DNA from: an uncultured Sutterella sp.
GTDB taxonomy: Bacteria; Pseudomonadota; Gammaproteobacteria; Burkholderiales; Burkholderiaceae_F
Assembly: GCA_905192805.1 (NCBI GenBank)
Contig: CAJJMF010000001.1
Coordinates: forward strand, 1 to 39,569
Direction of reading: 5' to 3'
Length of the DNA stretch: 39,569 nt
The position numbers and the translations under genes are program-made. The notes beneath the pieces were generated by a model that was not told the DNA's origin, searched no databases, and saw only the letters and a list, made by a program, of their open reading frames with translations. This document shows positions 36,437 through 39,569 of the stretch, piece by piece (position 1 is the first letter of the stretch; each line of letters begins with the position of its first letter).

Positions 36437-37603
36437 CTAGTGCCGCGCGTACTGGCAAATCACGTCCGCAGCCAAATTCGCCGTATCGGCCTTCAAGCTA
36501 GCATGCATCGCTTGGAAGCGTTCCACCAAGTAGGCACGACGCTTGTCGTTCGTGAGTGCATCCTCGATCGACCACGAGATGGCATCGGGCTCACAGAAAT
36601 ACTGTAGGAATTCGGGCACTAAACGTTCCCGCGCCAGAATATTCGGCAGGGAAACGTAATCAATTAACCCCTTCTTTTCCATCAATAGCCCCGTAAAGCC
36701 AGGCATTTTGTAGCCTACCACCATCGGTTTTTTGTAAAGGGCACACTCTAGGGCTGCCGTTCCCGACGCCACCAGTACGGCATCCGAGGCTTCAATCGCG
36801 CGGTGGCTTTGCCCCACGACGACGGTTAACCGTTCTGCTAACCGCGGGTACTGGTTGGCTAACTGCTCTAATGAGGCTTTGGCCTGATCATCGATCGCTG
36901 GCACAATCACGCTCACCGGGCCCGAGCGCTTCATTAACCGTTCAACCGCTTCAAAGAAAATCGGGGCACAACCCGACAATTCGGACGCACGCGAACCAGG
37001 CATCACCGTTAAGACACGATCATTGAGGGGCACATTCAAAGCCGTTCGGGCGCCCACCATATCGGGTTCTTCGGGAATCATCGAGGCGAGCGGATGCCCC
37101 ACAAATGTGGCAGGAATACCCGCCTTACGGTAGATCTCTTCTTCAAAGGGGAAGACAAGCAGCATATGGTCGACTGCACGGCGAATCGTTTGAATGCGCT
37201 CTGGACGCCATGCCCAAATCGAAGGACTCACCAAATGCACGACAGGAATCTGTCGACGACGTAATTCCGTCTCCAGTCCCAAATTAAAATCCGGGGCATC
37301 CACGCCCACAAACACGCGAGGCAGGGAATCCGCAATACGTCCTCCCAGCGAGCGACGTAACTTCAGTAAACGGGGTAAGTGGGCTAACACTTCCACATAG
37401 CCACGCACCGAGAGTTCATTGATATCGTGCCAACAACGGAAGCCCACCTCACGCATCTTGGGACCACCGATCCCATACTGCAGAGCGCCCTCCATACGGC
37501 GTTGCACTTCGGGAATCACCATACTGGCAATTAAGTCACCACTGGCTTCGCCCGCCAACCAAACGGCACCATCGCGCTGAACCGTATTTTCTTGAGTTTG
37601 CAT
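36437..37603 (-). CDS. lpxB: lipid-A-disaccharide synthase
   Basis: AGEASGD, GIGGPKM, DAPDFN, SPSIWAWR, FPFE, VGHPL, PGSR..E, SGTA, SLPNIL; start set at ATG 37603. Confidence 0.97.
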   Translation of the reverse strand: MQTQENTVQRDGAVWLAGEASGDLIASMVIPEVQRRMEGALQYGIGGPKMREVGFRCWHDINELSVRGYVEVLAHLPRLLKLRRSLGGRIADSLPRVFVGVDAPDFNLGLETELRRRQIPVVHLVSPSIWAWRPERIQTIRRAVDHMLLVFPFEEEIYRKAGIPATFVGHPLASMIPEEPDMVGARTALNVPLNDRVLTVMPGSRASELSGCAPIFFEAVERLMKRSGPVSVIVPAIDDQAKASLEQLANQYPRLAERLTVVVGQSHRAIEASDAVLVASGTAALECALYKKPMVVGYKMPGFTGLLMEKKGLIDYVSLPNILARERLVPEFLQYFCEPDAISWSIEDALTNDKRRAYLVERFQAMHASLKADTANLAADVICQYARH

Positions 37604-37652
37604 AGTCTTACCACCGTTTGTGGGTCGTGTCCCGTTGACACGACGCCCCATT

Positions 37653-37705
37653 AAAAAGAGGCGTTAGCTCAACCGAGAGGCCTCCCGTTGCGAGCCTAAC
37701 GCCTC
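37653..37705 (-). terminator. terminator-like hairpin between cdsA and lpxB
   Basis: GAGGCGTTAG...CTAACGCCTC inverted repeat followed by TTTTT on the minus strand. Confidence 0.65.
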
Positions 37706-37733
37706 AGATGTCTTTAGGACAATATTACCCAAA

Positions 37734-38585
37734 TTAGAGTAACTGAATCGAGAGGAGGATAAACGTTGCCGTCGGTAAAACGGGTAACGAGGCATCCAAG
37801 CGATCGAAGAACCCACCGTGACCCGGCAACAAATTGGAGGAGTCTTTAATCCCCACTAAGCGTTTTAACATCGATTCCCAGAGGTCCCCTGAAATCGAGA
37901 GTGCCACCAAACCTAAAATGATCAATACCCCAGGCCCAAAGCCTAAGTTATCGAACACATAGTTTGTGAAGACAATCTTTTGATCACAGAAGACATAAGT
38001 GAGAATGAAAAAGAGCGTCACGATCAAATATGCACCCAACGCGCCTTCCAAGGTCTTCTTGGGGCTGATCGCCGGTGCCATCGCATGACGTCCCCAAGCG
38101 CGACCACAGAAATACGCCGAAATATCCGCGCCCCAGACAATCAAAAAGACCGAGAGAACCAACACCCAGTCGCCGGCCTGATAAAGCCAGAGCATGGACA
38201 AATAGGCCGCGGGCACAAAACAAACGGCTGACCAGAGGCATTGCCGCTGGCTCACTTTAAAGCCCGTCGTGCGGCTGAGGAGTTCCGCCACAAAAATGAC
38301 AAACCAAGCCACCATAACGAGCCCGTTCATCACAAAGAGGAACCAATTCATGCGATCCAGGCCGCCTGCCCAATAAATGGAAAATTGCGCCGCCATTTCC
38401 ACAACGGACACCAGTAATGCTGGGCGAGGCCCCAAGCCCCCCATACGCAGCCATTCGTAGAGTGCAGCTCCAAAGGCGATGGCCATGACCCCGCCAAAGG
38501 CTAAGGGCCCCAACCAAATGGAGAGCATCAAAATCACAAGCAGAACCACTGCTGTAATTACACGCGTGAGCAACATTCTTCGCAT
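37734..38585 (-). CDS. cdsA: phosphatidate cytidylyltransferase
   Basis: Multi-TM; WGAD..AYF.G, ISPKKTLEG, GDL.ES.LKR..GIKDS..LLPGHGG..DR.D. Confidence 0.96.
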   Translation of the reverse strand: MRRMLLTRVITAVVLLVILMLSIWLGPLAFGGVMAIAFGAALYEWLRMGGLGPRPALLVSVVEMAAQFSIYWAGGLDRMNWFLFVMNGLVMVAWFVIFVAELLSRTTGFKVSQRQCLWSAVCFVPAAYLSMLWLYQAGDWVLVLSVFLIVWGADISAYFCGRAWGRHAMAPAISPKKTLEGALGAYLIVTLFFILTYVFCDQKIVFTNYVFDNLGFGPGVLIILGLVALSISGDLWESMLKRLVGIKDSSNLLPGHGGFFDRLDASLPVLPTATFILLSIQLL

Positions 38586-38737
38586 TCCTCCGCTGGGTTG
38601 GCCCCCAGCTTTCTCGAAAACAGTCCTAATCCTCCAGAGGGATTAGCGCTAAACACCTCTCATTCTAACTAAAAGTAGCTAGCAAGGAGAAGTGATATCA
38701 CAAAGTCGCGCATTTTTTCTCGCCAGCCCCACTGGGG

Positions 38738-39442
38738 TTAATTGCCCGTGTGTTGGAGTTGCTCACTCGTTCGGCCAAAACGCCGTTCACGCCCGGCGTA
38801 CCAACGCAGCGCCTCAGTGAAATCGTCTTCATTGAAGTCGGGCCAAAGCCGTTCGGTGAAATACACTTCCGCGTAGGCACTCTGCCAGAGTAAGAAGTTC
38901 GAGAGTCGATATTCCCCCCCTGTGCGAATCATCAGGTCAACGGCCGGCACCGTGAGGTGCGCCTCAATACTATCGGGAGTCACTGCAAGCCCCTTTTGGT
39001 TGAGCTGCTCAACGGCTTGAATCAGGTCCCAGCGCCCACCATAGTTGGCCGCCACGTTTAACCGCATCTGGCTACCCAAGCGCGTCGCCTCTTCGGCGTC
39101 AGTAATAATGGTGTTGAGCTCACTCGAAAAAGCCGTTTTATCCCCAATGACACGCAAGGCCACACCGGCATCCAGTAGTGGTTGTGTCCACTTTTGCAAT
39201 GCCGACGCAAAGAGTTTCATCAGCATGTCCACTTCGGTCTGGGGGCGTGCCCAATTTTCGGACGAAAAGGCAAAAACGGTGAGCTCTTTGACCCCAGCGC
39301 GAACCGCTGCCTCCGTGATGCGGTTTAAGGCTTGTACCCCACGACGGTGACCTTCTGCACGGGGTAAATGTCGCTGTTTAGCCCAACGACCATTCCCATC
39401 CATAATGATGGCAACATGAGGAGCAATGACGGGTACAAACAT
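38738..39442 (-). CDS. uppS: undecaprenyl diphosphate synthase
   Basis: HVAIIMDGNGRWA, FSSENW.RP, NYGGR, IRTGGE.RLSNFLLWQ. Confidence 0.97.
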   Translation of the reverse strand: MFVPVIAPHVAIIMDGNGRWAKQRHLPRAEGHRRGVQALNRITEAAVRAGVKELTVFAFSSENWARPQTEVDMLMKLFASALQKWTQPLLDAGVALRVIGDKTAFSSELNTIITDAEEATRLGSQMRLNVAANYGGRWDLIQAVEQLNQKGLAVTPDSIEAHLTVPAVDLMIRTGGEYRLSNFLLWQSAYAEVYFTERLWPDFNEDDFTEALRWYAGRERRFGRTSEQLQHTGN

Positions 39443-39473
39443 GGGTGTATTGATGCACGATGGATAGAAAGTG

Positions 39474-39510
39474 AAACCCCTCAGCTCAATAGGTTGGGAG
39501 GCTGAGGGGA
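39474..39510 (-). terminator. hairpin or terminator upstream of uppS
   Basis: CCCCTCAGC...GCTGAGGGG, followed by TTTCACTTT on the minus strand. Confidence 0.55.
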
Positions 39511-39514
39511 TTGT

Positions 39515-39569
39515 GTCCGCGACCGGGGTACGGGACGTCCGACCAAAAAGGAGCGGCGCGAGCTGGACA
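39515..39569 (+). pseudogene. orphan fragment resembling the C-terminus of Hsp15 (HslR, S4-domain protein)
   Basis: Reads VRDRGTGRPTKKERRELD; in-frame TGA at 39503-39505 upstream, so the 5' part of the gene is absent. Confidence 0.55.

Noticed and set aside
86..39350. Many 60-165 aa ORFs overlapping annotated genes
   Set aside because: Antisense or alternate-frame shadows with no recognisable motifs
1..39569. CRISPR array, tRNA, rRNA, IS, integrase or prophage
   Set aside because: No spaced direct repeats, cloverleafs, transposase, integrase or phage structural motifs were seen by eye

Overview
Chromosomal segment that looks like an anaerobic gut betaproteobacterium (Sutterellaceae-like; inferred from ppsA/ppsR, uppS-cdsA, lpxB-rnhB-trmH and tadA-ldcA, not from a database search). 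From left to right it holds: a Firmicute-style trpE-G-D-C-F operon on the minus strand, led by a complete Trp T-box riboswitch (UGG specifier, UGGC bulge, sigma70 promoter); ppsA/ppsR; an M20 amidohydrolase; a cytosine-deaminase-like gene plus pyrE behind a long structured leader; three small lipoproteins; a secreted hypothetical protein; and ppk1. Next is a ~11.5 kb minus-strand run: SfrB/GltD-like flavoprotein, [FeFe]-hydrogenase, U32 protein, hypothetical, two DUF805 genes, extended TadA, LD-carboxypeptidase, hybrid kinase and NarL-type regulator. The right part has an LprI-like protein, a YheO-type regulator with a threonine-synthase-like enzyme, a GNAT, an iron-containing ADH, and trmH, rnhB, lpxB, cdsA, uppS. 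Most notable: (1) a T-box riboswitch in a proteobacterial genome, whose terminator seems linked to the antiterminator by a relay helix rather than direct overlap; (2) a two-gene, probably NADP(H)-linked [FeFe]-hydrogenase; (3) an unrecognised structured leader upstream of the deaminase-pyrE pair. No CRISPR array, tRNA, rRNA or IS element was seen.
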